Source of the DNA: a virus
Taxonomy: Duplodnaviria; Caudoviricetes
Strand: one strand, 5' to 3'
Virus record (IMG/VR): IMGVR_UViG_3300007214_000006
Length of the DNA: 64,000 nucleotides
The notes beneath the pieces were generated by a model. The model ran no database searches. It saw nothing but the letters and a program-made list of their open reading frames with translations, and was not told the DNA's origin. Shown in pieces: positions 47,482 through 57,990 of this stretch. The position numbers were made by a program, and so were the translations under genes. Position 1 is the stretch's first letter; each line of letters begins with the position of its first letter.

Positions 47482-49131
47482 ATGAATAAAAAATATTACT
47501 GGCTAAATTCTCATAGTAGAATTTTTCTTGAAAGAGGATATCTAAAAGAGGGAATAACTCCGGAAGAAAGAATAAGACAAATCGCAGAAAACGCAGAAAA
47601 TATTTTGCATATAGCCGGATTTGCAGATAAATTTGAAGATTATATGAGTAGGGGATTTTATTCATTAGCTACTCCAGTATGGACTAATTACGGAAACGAT
47701 AGAGGTTTGCCAGTATCTTGTTTTAATTCTTATATACCGGACACAATGGACGGTATATTGGATAAGGTTGCCGAAGTTGGGATGATGAGCAAACTAGGAG
47801 GAGGAACTTCTGGATTTTTTGGAGATCTAAGATCCAGAGGATCAAAAATAAGTGTAGGTGGAGAGTCTAGTGGCCCTGTACATTTTATGGAACTTTTTGA
47901 TAAAGTTGCCGAGGTCGTATCCCAAGGGTCTGCTAGAAGAGGATCATTCGCAGCATATTTACCGGTCGAACATCCCGACATCAATGAATTTTTGCAAATA
48001 CGATCAGAAGGACATAACATACAAAATATGAGCATAGGAGTAACTGTCACAGATGATTGGATGAGGCAGATGATCGACGGGGATAAAGATAAAAGAAAGA
48101 TATGGGCAAAAATTGTACAAAAAAGATTTGAGACAGGATATCCTTATATTGTATTTGTAGATAATATAAATAACCATGCCCCACAACCCTACATAGATCA
48201 AAAACTAAAAATTAAAAATAGCAATCTCTGTTCAGAGATAGCTTTGTTTTCTGACGAACAAAATTCATTTGTTTGTGTTTTGTCATCATTGAATTTATTA
48301 CATTGGGACGAAATAAAAGAAACAGACGCAATAGAAACATTGATTTATTTTCTCGATTCCGTAAACGAAGAATTTATTAGAAAAACAAAAAATATTAGAT
48401 TCATGGAGTCCGCCAGAAATTTTGCTATCAACCAACGAGCGCTCGGAATGGGCGTATTAGGCTGGCATTCTCTGCTACAGTCAAAGTCTATAGCTTTTGA
48501 GTCAATGGCCGCAAAAATTCTTAATATCGATATTTGGAAAACTATAAGATCTAAGGCTGATAATGCTAGTTGCGAATTAGCAAAACTTTTGGGAGAACCT
48601 CCTTTATTAAAAGGTTACAATAGAAGAAATATAACAACTCTAGCTATAGCTCCTACGACTTCTAGTTCTTTTATTTTGGGGCAAGTTAGTCCGTCTATCG
48701 AACCATTAAATTCGAATTACTTTGTGAAAAAATTAGCCAAAGGTAATTTTACATATAAAAATCCATACTTAAAGAGATTACTTAAAGATAAAGATCAAGA
48801 TAAAGAAAACGTTTGGAAAGATATTCTCATAAGAGGAGGGTCTGTACAGCATTTAGATTTTTTGTCTCAAGAAGAAAAAGATGTTTTTAAAACATTCGGT
48901 GAAATTTCTCAAAAAGAAATAGTTATACAGAATATACAAAGACAAAAATATGTGGATCAAGCTATATCTCTTAATCTTATGATTCCGCCAAACTGCCAAG
49001 CAAAAGAAGTCAGTGAATTATTAATATATGGATGGCAAAATGGAATAAAAACATTCTATTATCAAAGATCGTCCAATCCTGCTCAAGAATTAGCTAGAAG
49101 CATTTTAACTTGTTCATCATGTGAGGCTTAA
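47482..49131 (+). CDS. nrdA: ribonucleotide reductase class Ia alpha subunit, compact, no ATP cone
   Basis: GLPVSCF, GGGT, RRGSFA.YL, SNLCSEI, LAIAPTTSSS, DQAISLN, KTFYY, C-terminal CSSCEA. Confidence 0.95.
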   Translation: MNKKYYWLNSHSRIFLERGYLKEGITPEERIRQIAENAENILHIAGFADKFEDYMSRGFYSLATPVWTNYGNDRGLPVSCFNSYIPDTMDGILDKVAEVGMMSKLGGGTSGFFGDLRSRGSKISVGGESSGPVHFMELFDKVAEVVSQGSARRGSFAAYLPVEHPDINEFLQIRSEGHNIQNMSIGVTVTDDWMRQMIDGDKDKRKIWAKIVQKRFETGYPYIVFVDNINNHAPQPYIDQKLKIKNSNLCSEIALFSDEQNSFVCVLSSLNLLHWDEIKETDAIETLIYFLDSVNEEFIRKTKNIRFMESARNFAINQRALGMGVLGWHSLLQSKSIAFESMAAKILNIDIWKTIRSKADNASCELAKLLGEPPLLKGYNRRNITTLAIAPTTSSSFILGQVSPSIEPLNSNYFVKKLAKGNFTYKNPYLKRLLKDKDQDKENVWKDILIRGGSVQHLDFLSQEEKDVFKTFGEISQKEIVIQNIQRQKYVDQAISLNLMIPPNCQAKEVSELLIYGWQNGIKTFYYQRSSNPAQELARSILTCSSCEA

Positions 49132-49135
49132 AATA

Positions 49136-49561
49136 ATGATTAAAGTAAAAAAAATGGTTGATAATGCCAAACTTCCTACCAGATCAAACTATAACGATGC
49201 TGGGGCAGATCTCTATTCTACCGAAACTGTTGTTATTCCTCCATTAAGTAGAGCCTTGGTAAGTACTGGGATTACAATAGAATTACCAGAAAACATATAT
49301 GGTAGAATAGCTCCTAGATCCGGACTCGCATTAAAACATGGTTTGGACGTATTAGCCGGTGTCGTGGACGAAGGATACAGAGGTGTGATAGGCGTTGTGA
49401 TTTACAATACGGATAAAAATAAAGAATATATTATTAATGTCGGTGATAAAATTGCTCAACTAATTTTAGAAACATATCACAAACAAGATTTTATCTGGTC
49501 CGATAATTTATCGGAATCTGACAGGTCTAACAAAGGATTTGGTTCAACCGGAACCAACTAA
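49136..49561 (+). CDS. dut: trimeric dUTPase
   Basis: AGADL, GRIAPRSGLA, GVVDEGYRG, GDKIAQL, RSNKGFGSTG. Confidence 0.95.
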   Translation: MIKVKKMVDNAKLPTRSNYNDAGADLYSTETVVIPPLSRALVSTGITIELPENIYGRIAPRSGLALKHGLDVLAGVVDEGYRGVIGVVIYNTDKNKEYIINVGDKIAQLILETYHKQDFIWSDNLSESDRSNKGFGSTGTN

Positions 49562-49574
49562 TATTTTATAGTAA

Positions 49575-49586
49575 GGTGTAATATAT
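49575..49586 (+). promoter_or_regulatory. candidate phage promoter motif variant (GGTGTAATATAT)
   Basis: Intergenic, upstream of phoH. Confidence 0.35.
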
Positions 49587-49627
49587 AGTATATAATTGCT
49601 TACATCTTTCTATAAAAGAGGCTCACA

Positions 49628-50356
49628 TTGAAAAAAAATAATAAAACTGGTAAAAATAAACAAAAAATTATTGATGCAACAAATTCTATTCAGCCAAACA
49701 TATCAACATATAGGAATAAATTAAAACCAAGAACAGAAAATCAAAAAAATTATATTAGATCAGTCTTAGATAATACTATCACGTTTTGTCAAGGATTAGC
49801 TGGTAGTGGCAAAACACATATAGCTATAGGTATGGCTATAGAATTTTTACTAGAAAATAAAATCAATAAGATTATTATAACTAGGCCGGTACTGGAAGCT
49901 GGAGAAAAAATAGGATATTTACCAGGATCAGCAGAAGAAAAATTACATCCATATCTTTTACCAATTATAGATGAAATTCATTATTTTATAAATCCAGCAC
50001 AATATGCTGCTTTTAAACTAAATAATAAAATAGAGGTTGTACCACTTGGACTTATGCGGGGTAGAAATTTTCATAACGCTTTTATTGTTGCTGATGAATG
50101 TCAAAATGCGTCTTACGAACAATTAAAAATGTTATTAACAAGAACTGGCCAACAAAGTAAAATGGTACTTACCGGAGATATAGGACAATCTGACCTCAGT
50201 AGGCATTTGCAGGGTGGTTTTATTACGATGATAGAAGCTCTTAATGGTGTTAATGGAATAGGATATTGTAAATTAGAGTCATCTGATATTGTTAGAAATC
50301 CTATAATATCAGATATTTTACTAAGACTAGATGATTATGAAAGAAATAAATCATAA
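49628..50356 (+). CDS. phoH: PhoH-family ATPase (TTG start)
   Basis: KPRTENQ, GLAGSGKT, IIITRP, GYLPG, MRGRNF, DECQN, GDIGQSD. Confidence 0.95.
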   Translation: MKKNNKTGKNKQKIIDATNSIQPNISTYRNKLKPRTENQKNYIRSVLDNTITFCQGLAGSGKTHIAIGMAIEFLLENKINKIIITRPVLEAGEKIGYLPGSAEEKLHPYLLPIIDEIHYFINPAQYAAFKLNNKIEVVPLGLMRGRNFHNAFIVADECQNASYEQLKMLLTRTGQQSKMVLTGDIGQSDLSRHLQGGFITMIEALNGVNGIGYCKLESSDIVRNPIISDILLRLDDYERNKS

Positions 50357-50939
50357 GCAATGTTTATTATTAAATGCTGATTATACTCCGATACGGATTA
50401 TATCATGGAAAAAGGCTATTGTATGGTCTATGAAATACGAACCGAACCATAAATATGGTATCGAGATTATATCTTATTATCAAGATGAAGTTATACGTGG
50501 CGCGTGTGGTAAAAACTATTTGGTTCCTGCTGTTGCTAGAACCAGGCATTTCTTCAATCTATATAATAAAAATATTAATTTTTCACGAAAAAATTTATTT
50601 ATCAGAGATGATTATACCTGTCAATATTGTGGTAAACAATTTCCTGTATCTCAATTAACATATGATCATATTATTCCAAAAAGCAGATTTGATATTCACA
50701 CCAAACATAAATGCACAAATTGGATTAATATCGTAACATGCTGTTGGCAATGTAATCATAAAAAAGGAAATAAAACACCAAAAGAAGCAAATATGAAATT
50801 GCTTAATCAGCCTATAATTCCAAAATATTGTGCCGTATACTTGCCCTGGTACCGAGATCTATTTACTATAAATAACAGTTTTCCTGAATGGAATCCATTT
50901 ATAAAGGGTTTGATTAATAATGAAAATAAATGTATCTGA
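50331..50939 (+). CDS. HNH endonuclease (McrA-like)
   Basis: LLLNADYTP, RDDYTCQYCG, LTYDHIIPKS, NIVTCCWQCNHKKGNKTP. Confidence 0.9.
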   Translation: MIMKEINHKQCLLLNADYTPIRIISWKKAIVWSMKYEPNHKYGIEIISYYQDEVIRGACGKNYLVPAVARTRHFFNLYNKNINFSRKNLFIRDDYTCQYCGKQFPVSQLTYDHIIPKSRFDIHTKHKCTNWINIVTCCWQCNHKKGNKTPKEANMKLLNQPIIPKYCAVYLPWYRDLFTINNSFPEWNPFIKGLINNENKCI

Positions 50940-51333
50940 TTATAAAATTTCAAATAGAGATACCACAGAAGATAAGTTTTATACTATCAAAGGGATAGAG
51001 TCTTTTATAGACGAAAATGGTGACCCAAGAACAAATAATGACTCCGATAATATTTATGCAAAAGCGATAAAGAGCTATGCGTCTAAAGATATACAAAATA
51101 AAACTTTGCATTATAGGTATTATATACTAACAGACTCCAATGGAAATCCACATAATCCTATAGAACAAACTTCTTTATCTTCTATTACAAAAAAAAATGA
51201 ATTATATATGAATAAAGTTTGCAAGACAATTCATATCTTCACAGAAGTGCCGAAAAATATTTTTGATTATTATATTTCTTTCTTAAAAACAAAAAGTAAA
51301 AAATTTTTAATTGCAGTACAGAGAGAATTATAA
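50920..51333 (+). CDS. hypothetical protein, paralog of 52011..52400
   Basis: FID..G.PR.NN and F.EV.K..FD.Y..FLKT blocks shared with 52011. Confidence 0.7.
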   Translation: MKINVSDYKISNRDTTEDKFYTIKGIESFIDENGDPRTNNDSDNIYAKAIKSYASKDIQNKTLHYRYYILTDSNGNPHNPIEQTSLSSITKKNELYMNKVCKTIHIFTEVPKNIFDYYISFLKTKSKKFLIAVQREL

Positions 51334-51678
51334 ATGCCCACTTACACATATTTTTGTAATAAGTGTTCATGTAAATTTGAACTATTTTTTTCTATAGCAG
51401 AGTACGATCCTAATCCTAAATGTGTGGGATGCAAATCTGGTCTAACAGAACGCTCATATAAGGATGATATGCAAAATATGATGGGGTGCGTTAAAAAATC
51501 TGATTCTGAACTAAAGACTGTTGGTGATTTGGCAAATAGGAACAGAGATAGAATGCCAGATGATCAGAAAAAAGAATTATATAACAAACACAATTCTTAC
51601 AAAGAAGAAGCAGCAGATAAACCTCTACCAAAAGGTATGACTAGACTTAAAAAACAGAATAAAATCAAATGGACATAA
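51334..51678 (+). CDS. FmdB-family zinc-ribbon protein
   Basis: MPTYTYFCNKC..FE....CVGC. Confidence 0.8.
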   Translation: MPTYTYFCNKCSCKFELFFSIAEYDPNPKCVGCKSGLTERSYKDDMQNMMGCVKKSDSELKTVGDLANRNRDRMPDDQKKELYNKHNSYKEEAADKPLPKGMTRLKKQNKIKWT

Positions 51679-51681
51679 TAT

Positions 51682-52014
51682 ATGATAAATGAAGAAGATT
51701 TTCAGGAAAAATTAAAAGAACTAGAAAACTTGAGTGTCGAAGAATTAAAAGAAATCTTGGACATGAAAAACGATTATGAATTTGAAGACAAAAAAAAACT
51801 TATACAATGTTCCCATGAGATAGTATTTTCTATTAATGCTTCTGTATTAATGGAAAATGAAAAGGGAGAATTAACTGGCACCAGAGAAATATGCACAAAA
51901 AATTACCATATACCAGTACCAATCGATAAAGATTATGAAATATTCATGAAAACATTTTTTGATTATATAGAAAATTGTTTGAAACATGGCATTAAGGAAG
52001 GAATAAAAGAATGA
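51682..52014 (+). CDS. hypothetical protein
   Basis: Operon ORF with ATGA overlap to the next gene. Confidence 0.6.
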   Translation: MINEEDFQEKLKELENLSVEELKEILDMKNDYEFEDKKKLIQCSHEIVFSINASVLMENEKGELTGTREICTKNYHIPVPIDKDYEIFMKTFFDYIENCLKHGIKEGIKE

Positions 52015-52400
52015 AAGAGGATTTTATTTTTTCTCAACAATCAAAAAACATAAAAACATCAAATGAAGATAGTTTTTTTTGTCGCTTAAAACATAAAGAT
52101 TTTATAGACAAGGACAATAATCCAAGACTGAATAATGAAGAAGATATAAAAATATTAGCTAAAATTAAATACAAATCAAATGGTATTCCAAAATATTTGA
52201 TTAGAATAGACGAAACCAAAAAATTATTTAATCCAACATTAGATTTACCAGAAGTAAGGAGTATCAAAGCCTTACATTCTATCGGTGGTTCTGGTTTATC
52301 TTTTAAAGAGGTAAATAAGAAAGCCTTTGATCACTATTTAATGTTTCTTAAAACAGATAACCCTTCATGGATTTTAAATGCAGAAAGAGAGGATTTGTAG
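52011..52400 (+). CDS. hypothetical protein, paralog of 50920..51333
   Basis: AAGGA RBS; shared motifs with 50920. Confidence 0.7.
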   Translation: MKEDFIFSQQSKNIKTSNEDSFFCRLKHKDFIDKDNNPRLNNEEDIKILAKIKYKSNGIPKYLIRIDETKKLFNPTLDLPEVRSIKALHSIGGSGLSFKEVNKKAFDHYLMFLKTDNPSWILNAEREDL

Positions 52401-52739
52401 ATGTCAAAATTAAATAAAACACAAATATATGCAATTAGATGGTTGGCTAGTCAAGCCACTTCTCCAGAAATTATAGCGTCAGAATTAGAAATAAACATAG
52501 AGCAAGTCAATAAAACTATGGAAAAATATGGATCTTCTACAACTAATGAAGACAATGTTCAAGTTAAAAAAAGCTCTACAAAAATATCAAATATGATAAC
52601 AGAAACTTCTGGCAAAAAAACCAATAGTGTTGCTATAATGACTAAAGAAGCATCAGAAAGACATGATGCTATGAGAAACAAAACTCAAACCAAGCATAAT
52701 AATGAAAAAACTATCTTTAGACCAAAAAATAATGGATAA
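52401..52739 (+). CDS. hypothetical protein with an N-terminal HTH-like segment
   Basis: SPEIIASELEINIEQV; GAGG RBS. Confidence 0.6.
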   Translation: MSKLNKTQIYAIRWLASQATSPEIIASELEINIEQVNKTMEKYGSSTTNEDNVQVKKSSTKISNMITETSGKKTNSVAIMTKEASERHDAMRNKTQTKHNNEKTIFRPKNNG

Positions 52740-53142
52740 ATATATATCTAAATACTCGAACGGAAAACCAGTTTCTGCAGCACAGTATATTACGGAATTA
52801 ATCTGTGAAAATAAAGCTAAAAAAGATAAATTAGATTTACATTATAGATTTTGGACAAGCAAATCATGGTCTCTTTTTTATAGAAATCAAATAGCTTCAG
52901 CAAATAAGCTTGTAGAAAAATATGATGCCAAAGCTATAATAGCAGCATTAAAACATAAAGATGCAGCAAAAATATATTCGTTGCGAGCGCCTCACCTTCC
53001 TGCTATAATAGAAAAAATGCAGCAAGAGATAGGGTCCCAAAACACTGTATTAAGTCAAAAATTTGATAGATCGGATAAAACATCTATCAGACCTCAGCAA
53101 AAAACGAAAAATATAATTTCAAAATTAGAGGAACTAGAATGA
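52732..53142 (+). CDS. hypothetical protein
   Basis: Operon ORF directly before recA; KYISKYS..AAQYITELIC. Confidence 0.65.
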   Translation: MDKYISKYSNGKPVSAAQYITELICENKAKKDKLDLHYRFWTSKSWSLFYRNQIASANKLVEKYDAKAIIAALKHKDAAKIYSLRAPHLPAIIEKMQQEIGSQNTVLSQKFDRSDKTSIRPQQKTKNIISKLEELE

Positions 53143-54152
53143 CCTTAAAAGAGGATGTAATTAAAAATTTTGGTGATGAGATTATCTTAAGTGGCAATGC
53201 TTTGGTTGACAAAAAAGTTCTTACGATACCAGTAGGACCGTCTTTAGATATAGCTCTAAATGGAGGTATCCCAGAAGGAAGTTTTGTTGTATTAACAGGA
53301 CAACCCAAATGCGGCAAGACAACAACTTCTCTAGATTTTGCAGCCACCGCTCAAAAATTAGATTACGCCTATGGACCATTTAAAGAAGGCAGACAAGTGT
53401 ACTACCTTAACATCGAAGGTAGACTAAAGAAAAGAGATTTAGAAGGCATTCCTAATCTTGATCTATCAAGATTTCATATTATTGGTAGTCAACAAGGAAA
53501 AATATTACATGCCGAAGAATATTTGCAAATAGCAGAAAGAATTATAAACGAGATACCTGGATGTATTCTGATAATAGACTCATACTCTGCATTATGCACA
53601 GAAGCAGAAATAACTAGCGATATGGATAAAATGCAAAGAGCAGACGGAGCAAAACTATTAGCAAAATTTTGTCGTAAAGTAGCAAATGTAATACCTGTAA
53701 ATAAAAATATTGTTATAGGCATTACGCATTTAATGGGTAATCCAACTGGATATGGAGCTGAATTTAAAGAAAAAAGTGGACAAGCTATCGCGTATCAGAC
53801 AGACATAAAATTACGAGCAAAAACATTTAAGCCGTGGATTGTTGGTACCGATAATACTCAAATAGGTCAAGAAATAGAATGGCAAGTCGTTTGTTCTGCG
53901 CTAGGTCCGCCAGGAGCAACAACAACAAGCTATATAAGATATGGGCAGGGTATAGATAAACATACTGAATTAATTAATTTAGCTTCGGATGTCGGAATAA
54001 TACATAAAGGCGGAGCGTGGTATACTATTACCAATCTAGAAGATAAACCTAAATTTCAAGGAACAGAAAAAGTTAGGGTTTTTCTTTTAGAAAATACAGA
54101 AGCGTATGCAAAAATAGAAAAAGATGTTAAGGATGTTTTGGGAATAAAATGA
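53139..54152 (+). CDS. recA: RecA/UvsX-family recombinase
   Basis: SLDIALNGGIP.G, Walker A GQPKCGKTT, LIIDSYSAL, G.AI.Y, GAWY. Confidence 0.92.
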   Translation: MTLKEDVIKNFGDEIILSGNALVDKKVLTIPVGPSLDIALNGGIPEGSFVVLTGQPKCGKTTTSLDFAATAQKLDYAYGPFKEGRQVYYLNIEGRLKKRDLEGIPNLDLSRFHIIGSQQGKILHAEEYLQIAERIINEIPGCILIIDSYSALCTEAEITSDMDKMQRADGAKLLAKFCRKVANVIPVNKNIVIGITHLMGNPTGYGAEFKEKSGQAIAYQTDIKLRAKTFKPWIVGTDNTQIGQEIEWQVVCSALGPPGATTTSYIRYGQGIDKHTELINLASDVGIIHKGGAWYTITNLEDKPKFQGTEKVRVFLLENTEAYAKIEKDVKDVLGIK

Positions 54153-54556
54153 AAATTGTAGATTTGGATGGAAATATCCACCATTGGCACTTGACAGGAC
54201 ATATAGCAAAAGGTAGACTGGTCAATAAGTCTTCTCTGCATTTGGCAGCAAGAAAATTAATAGCATCAATGTTTCCAACGTTTCAGATTCTGGAAGAGGT
54301 TTCCATACCTCTTAGAAAATCTGAAGTATTATATCTAGATTTTTATTTACCATTACCCAAATTATGTATAGAAGTTCATGGCGAACAGCATTTTAAATTT
54401 GTTCCCTTTTATCATAATAATATTCTGAGTTTTTTAAAGTCTCAAAAAAGAGATACAGAAAAAACAGAATGGTGCGAAAAAAATAATATCAAACAAATCA
54501 TATTTGCTTATAACGAAACAGAATCACAATGGAAAGAAAAACTTCAATATGAGTAA
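54149..54556 (+). CDS. PD-(D/E)XK endonuclease (DUF559/Vsr-like)
   Basis: LDFYLP..KLCIEVHGEQHF....FY...Q.RD..K..WC..N.I. Confidence 0.75.
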   Translation: MKIVDLDGNIHHWHLTGHIAKGRLVNKSSLHLAARKLIASMFPTFQILEEVSIPLRKSEVLYLDFYLPLPKLCIEVHGEQHFKFVPFYHNNILSFLKSQKRDTEKTEWCEKNNIKQIIFAYNETESQWKEKLQYE

Positions 54557-55040
54557 AACAACACAAGAAGAACTACAGCATTGGGATAAAATTCTAGACG
54601 ATTATGAAAAAACACTATCATTACCGGAATACAGCGCTGGATGTTCAGTTCCAGAAATAGAAATAAATAACTATCTTAGCATGTCGAGAGATCAAATAGA
54701 AAAATTAAACCCAGAAGATTGTGCGCAGATATCTTATAGATTGTCTCAGTTCGGATTTTATTTACAAAGAAGCTTAAATAGAGAAATAGCAAGATTTAAT
54801 TGGTCAGAAGAAAGTATCAAAGAGACTATTGCAGACGAAATAAATAATTATAAAGGATATGGGTATTTAGAAAAATCTTTGCAGGCTATTAAACACAATG
54901 ACAGAGCATCAAATCTATTTAAAATAAAGAAATATGCTCAACAAAGAATGGACAGACTAAGTTATTTGGCCAATAATCTAAAAAATTTATCTGATATACT
55001 CCTCTCTATTCAAAGAACCAAGGTGAAGCATGCCTCTTGA
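54549..55040 (+). CDS. helical hypothetical protein (possible recombination mediator)
   Basis: All-alpha, coiled-coil-like; sits between recA and dnaB; function inferred from position only. Confidence 0.6.
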   Translation: MSKTTQEELQHWDKILDDYEKTLSLPEYSAGCSVPEIEINNYLSMSRDQIEKLNPEDCAQISYRLSQFGFYLQRSLNREIARFNWSEESIKETIADEINNYKGYGYLEKSLQAIKHNDRASNLFKIKKYAQQRMDRLSYLANNLKNLSDILLSIQRTKVKHAS

Positions 55041-55410
55041 TAACGATGATATCAAACAATTAATAGCAATATTACAAAAGGGCTTATCGGACGAAACCGA
55101 TAGCATAGCTGAGTCACCTAAAAAGACTAAACAAACATTTACGAAAACTAAAAACTATACAAAATCAAACAAAAAAGATAACAAGTCTAATAATAAATTT
55201 GATACAATGATGGAAAAAAATCTTCACAAAGAAGATCTTGAGGTAGATAAATTATTATCAAAGTATCCACCAACAGCAAGATCTAGAGAATTCTCACCCG
55301 TATCTGTAAAATGTAGAGTTTGTGGCAGAGAAGAGGAAATTAATCCGGCATTGATGAATGATGCTCCAAATAGATATAAATGTAATAGATGCTCAAAGGA
55401 GCCTGGGTAA
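55030..55410 (+). CDS. hypothetical protein with a C-terminal zinc ribbon
   Basis: CRVCG...YKCNRC. Confidence 0.65.
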   Translation: MPLDNDDIKQLIAILQKGLSDETDSIAESPKKTKQTFTKTKNYTKSNKKDNKSNNKFDTMMEKNLHKEDLEVDKLLSKYPPTARSREFSPVSVKCRVCGREEEINPALMNDAPNRYKCNRCSKEPG

Positions 55411-56867
55411 TGGTATTGTGTGATCCGTCAGCAGAAAGAGCGGTCCTCAGTTGTATTATGCAATACGGGGAAAAAGCATATTTCGAAATTAATGATATAA
55501 TAAATGAATCTTGTTTTACTATAGATAGTAATCAACTTATTTATAGTTGTATCAAGCATATATTTGCTAATAACCAGGTCAGTTCCCTAGATATTGCGTC
55601 GATATATTCGGCGGCACAGGACATTGGTGTGGCTCATATTCTAAATAAAAAAGAAGAAGCTCAACATCTTAAAGCTGTTTTAGATTTTCCCGCCAATCTT
55701 GAGAACGTAAATCAATTTGCTATAAAAATAAAAAAACTAGAAATAGCAAGATCTTTACACAAAGAATTAGAGAATGCTCAAGATAAATTATTAGACGTTA
55801 CCGGATCTGAATCTATAGCATCGATATTGTCAATTGCAGAAGATACACTTCTTGACTTTGGTTCACATCTATCAAACGATAACGAACCAAAAGCTATCGG
55901 AGATGGCATAGACGATTACATAGAATATTTAAAAACTAATCCTGTTGATCAGATAGGAATATCAACGGGCTTCCCGATATACGATCACGCAATAGGCGGA
56001 GGTTTCAGAAAAGGTACTGTTAATGTTATTGCCGCAAGACCAAAAGTAGGCAAAACATTATTAGCAGATAATATAGGATTTTTTATAGCTAATAAATTAA
56101 ATATTCCTGTTTTGAATATGGACACAGAAATGAGCACAAACGATCATATTCACAGAATATTAGCAATGATGACAGAAACAGAAATTAATAGTATCGAAAC
56201 AGGAAAATTTGCAACAACTCCAGCAACAGAAAAAAAGATCAATGACGCAAAAGAATCATTAAAGAATACCAAGCTATACTATAAATCAATAGCAGGAAAA
56301 CCATTCGACGAGCAATTAAGTATCATGAGAAGATGGTTATGTAAAGATGTTGGATTAAATACTGATGGAACAGCTAAGGATTGTGTGATAATATATGACT
56401 ATTTAAAACTTATGGATAGTGCTGGCATAAGCCAAGATTTAAAAGAGTATCAAATACTAGGCTTTATGATGACATCTTTACACAATTTTGCAGTTAAATA
56501 TCAGATACCAATTTTAAGTTTCATTCAATTAAATAGAGACGGCATAACAAAAGAAAGCACCGATACCGCATCTGGTTCAGATAGAATTATATGGCTATGT
56601 AGTAATTTTTCTATTTTTAAGAGAAAGTCAGACGAAGAGATTGCAGAAGATTCTGGAAAAAGCGGTAATAGAAAATTAGTTCCATTAATATCTAGACATG
56701 GAGGATGTTTAGATGATAATGATTATATAAATTTTAATCTTAAAGGATGGTGCGCAAAAATTACCGAAGGCCAGACAAAATTAGAAATATCAAATGGCAT
56801 CAAAAATACAAAAGATGGATTTATAGTAAATGAAGACAATGACGAAGAAGAAATCAGTTTCATATAA
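55410..56867 (+). CDS. dnaB: replicative DNA helicase
   Basis: AERAVL, GISTGF..D..IGGG, ARPKVGKT, DTEM, IIYDYLKLM, QLNR; AAGGAG RBS. Confidence 0.93.
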   Translation: MVLCDPSAERAVLSCIMQYGEKAYFEINDIINESCFTIDSNQLIYSCIKHIFANNQVSSLDIASIYSAAQDIGVAHILNKKEEAQHLKAVLDFPANLENVNQFAIKIKKLEIARSLHKELENAQDKLLDVTGSESIASILSIAEDTLLDFGSHLSNDNEPKAIGDGIDDYIEYLKTNPVDQIGISTGFPIYDHAIGGGFRKGTVNVIAARPKVGKTLLADNIGFFIANKLNIPVLNMDTEMSTNDHIHRILAMMTETEINSIETGKFATTPATEKKINDAKESLKNTKLYYKSIAGKPFDEQLSIMRRWLCKDVGLNTDGTAKDCVIIYDYLKLMDSAGISQDLKEYQILGFMMTSLHNFAVKYQIPILSFIQLNRDGITKESTDTASGSDRIIWLCSNFSIFKRKSDEEIAEDSGKSGNRKLVPLISRHGGCLDDNDYINFNLKGWCAKITEGQTKLEISNGIKNTKDGFIVNEDNDEEEISFI

Positions 56868-57990
56868 TCAACATAAATTAAAACTATTGTCGGACAAATT
56901 GTGCGATAATATAGAATCTTTATTAGATTATTTCGGAATAGAATACAAAAGATTATCAAAAATGATAACAATGAGCTGTCCTATACACGGGGGAGATAAT
57001 ACATCTGCACTTAATCTTTATCCAGAAGGCGATACCTACAGAGGTAATTGGAAATGCAGAACTCATCATTGCGAAGAAATATTCAAATCTTCTATTATTG
57101 GATTTATTAGAGGTGTTCTATCCCACAATAATCATAATTGGCTAAAAAATGGAGATACTGTATCATCTTTTGACGATGCTTTAATTTTTGCTCAAGATTT
57201 TATAAAGCAAAATTTATCGGATCTAAAAATTGATAAAAAAATTATAGAAAAAACAAGTTTTGTCAATACCGTCAACTATATAAATACTAAACATAATAAT
57301 AATCAATCTCGCGTTACTAAACAACATATAAGAAAATCATTGGCGATACCATCTTCTTATTTTTTATCTCGTGGATTCTCGGAACAAATATTAAATAAAT
57401 ATGACGTAGGAGACTGCTTGACATTAAATAAAGAAATGTCCAATAGGGCAGTTGTTCCTGTTTATGACTCAGAATATAGATATATGGTAGGATGCACAGG
57501 AAGAAGTATCCACGAAAAATGTCAAATATGCTCATATTTCCATGAACCAGGGCATCCGTGTCCCAAAGACGATTACGCTTGGTTGATGTCCAAATGGAAA
57601 CACAATAAAGATTTTAAAACACAAGAATATTTATATAATTATTGGTTTGCAAAAGATTTTATAAAAAAAACAACGTGCGCTATTATAGTTGAAAGTCCCG
57701 GTAATGTATGGAGATTAGAAGAAACAGGGATACATAATTCTGTAGCAATATTTGGTTGTTCATTATCCGATAAACAAAAAATGTTATTAGATATTTCTGG
57801 AGCATTAAGTTTGGTTCTTATTATGGACAATGATGATGCTGGCAGTAAAGCTGCTGATGCAATAGAGAAAAAATGTAAAAAAACATATAATATTCATCAT
57901 GTTAAAATTAGTAAAGAAGATATTGCATCAATGAATACAGAAGAAATAAAAAAAGAAATATTACCACAAATAGAAAGATTGTGTCTATGA
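56830..57990 (+). CDS. dnaG: DNA primase (zinc-binding domain plus TOPRIM)
   Basis: CPIHGGDN..WKCRTHHC; YF..RG; RAVVP; IIVESPG; MDNDDAG. Confidence 0.85.
   Translation: MKTMTKKKSVSYNQHKLKLLSDKLCDNIESLLDYFGIEYKRLSKMITMSCPIHGGDNTSALNLYPEGDTYRGNWKCRTHHCEEIFKSSIIGFIRGVLSHNNHNWLKNGDTVSSFDDALIFAQDFIKQNLSDLKIDKKIIEKTSFVNTVNYINTKHNNNQSRVTKQHIRKSLAIPSSYFLSRGFSEQILNKYDVGDCLTLNKEMSNRAVVPVYDSEYRYMVGCTGRSIHEKCQICSYFHEPGHPCPKDDYAWLMSKWKHNKDFKTQEYLYNYWFAKDFIKKTTCAIIVESPGNVWRLEETGIHNSVAIFGCSLSDKQKMLLDISGALSLVLIMDNDDAGSKAADAIEKKCKKTYNIHHVKISKEDIASMNTEEIKKEILPQIERLCL

Noticed and set aside
46492-56867. Inteins or introns in nrdB, nrdA, recA or dnaB
   Set aside because: Lengths are compact, motifs are contiguous, and no C/S...HN-C/S/T splicing motifs or LAGLIDADG were seen.
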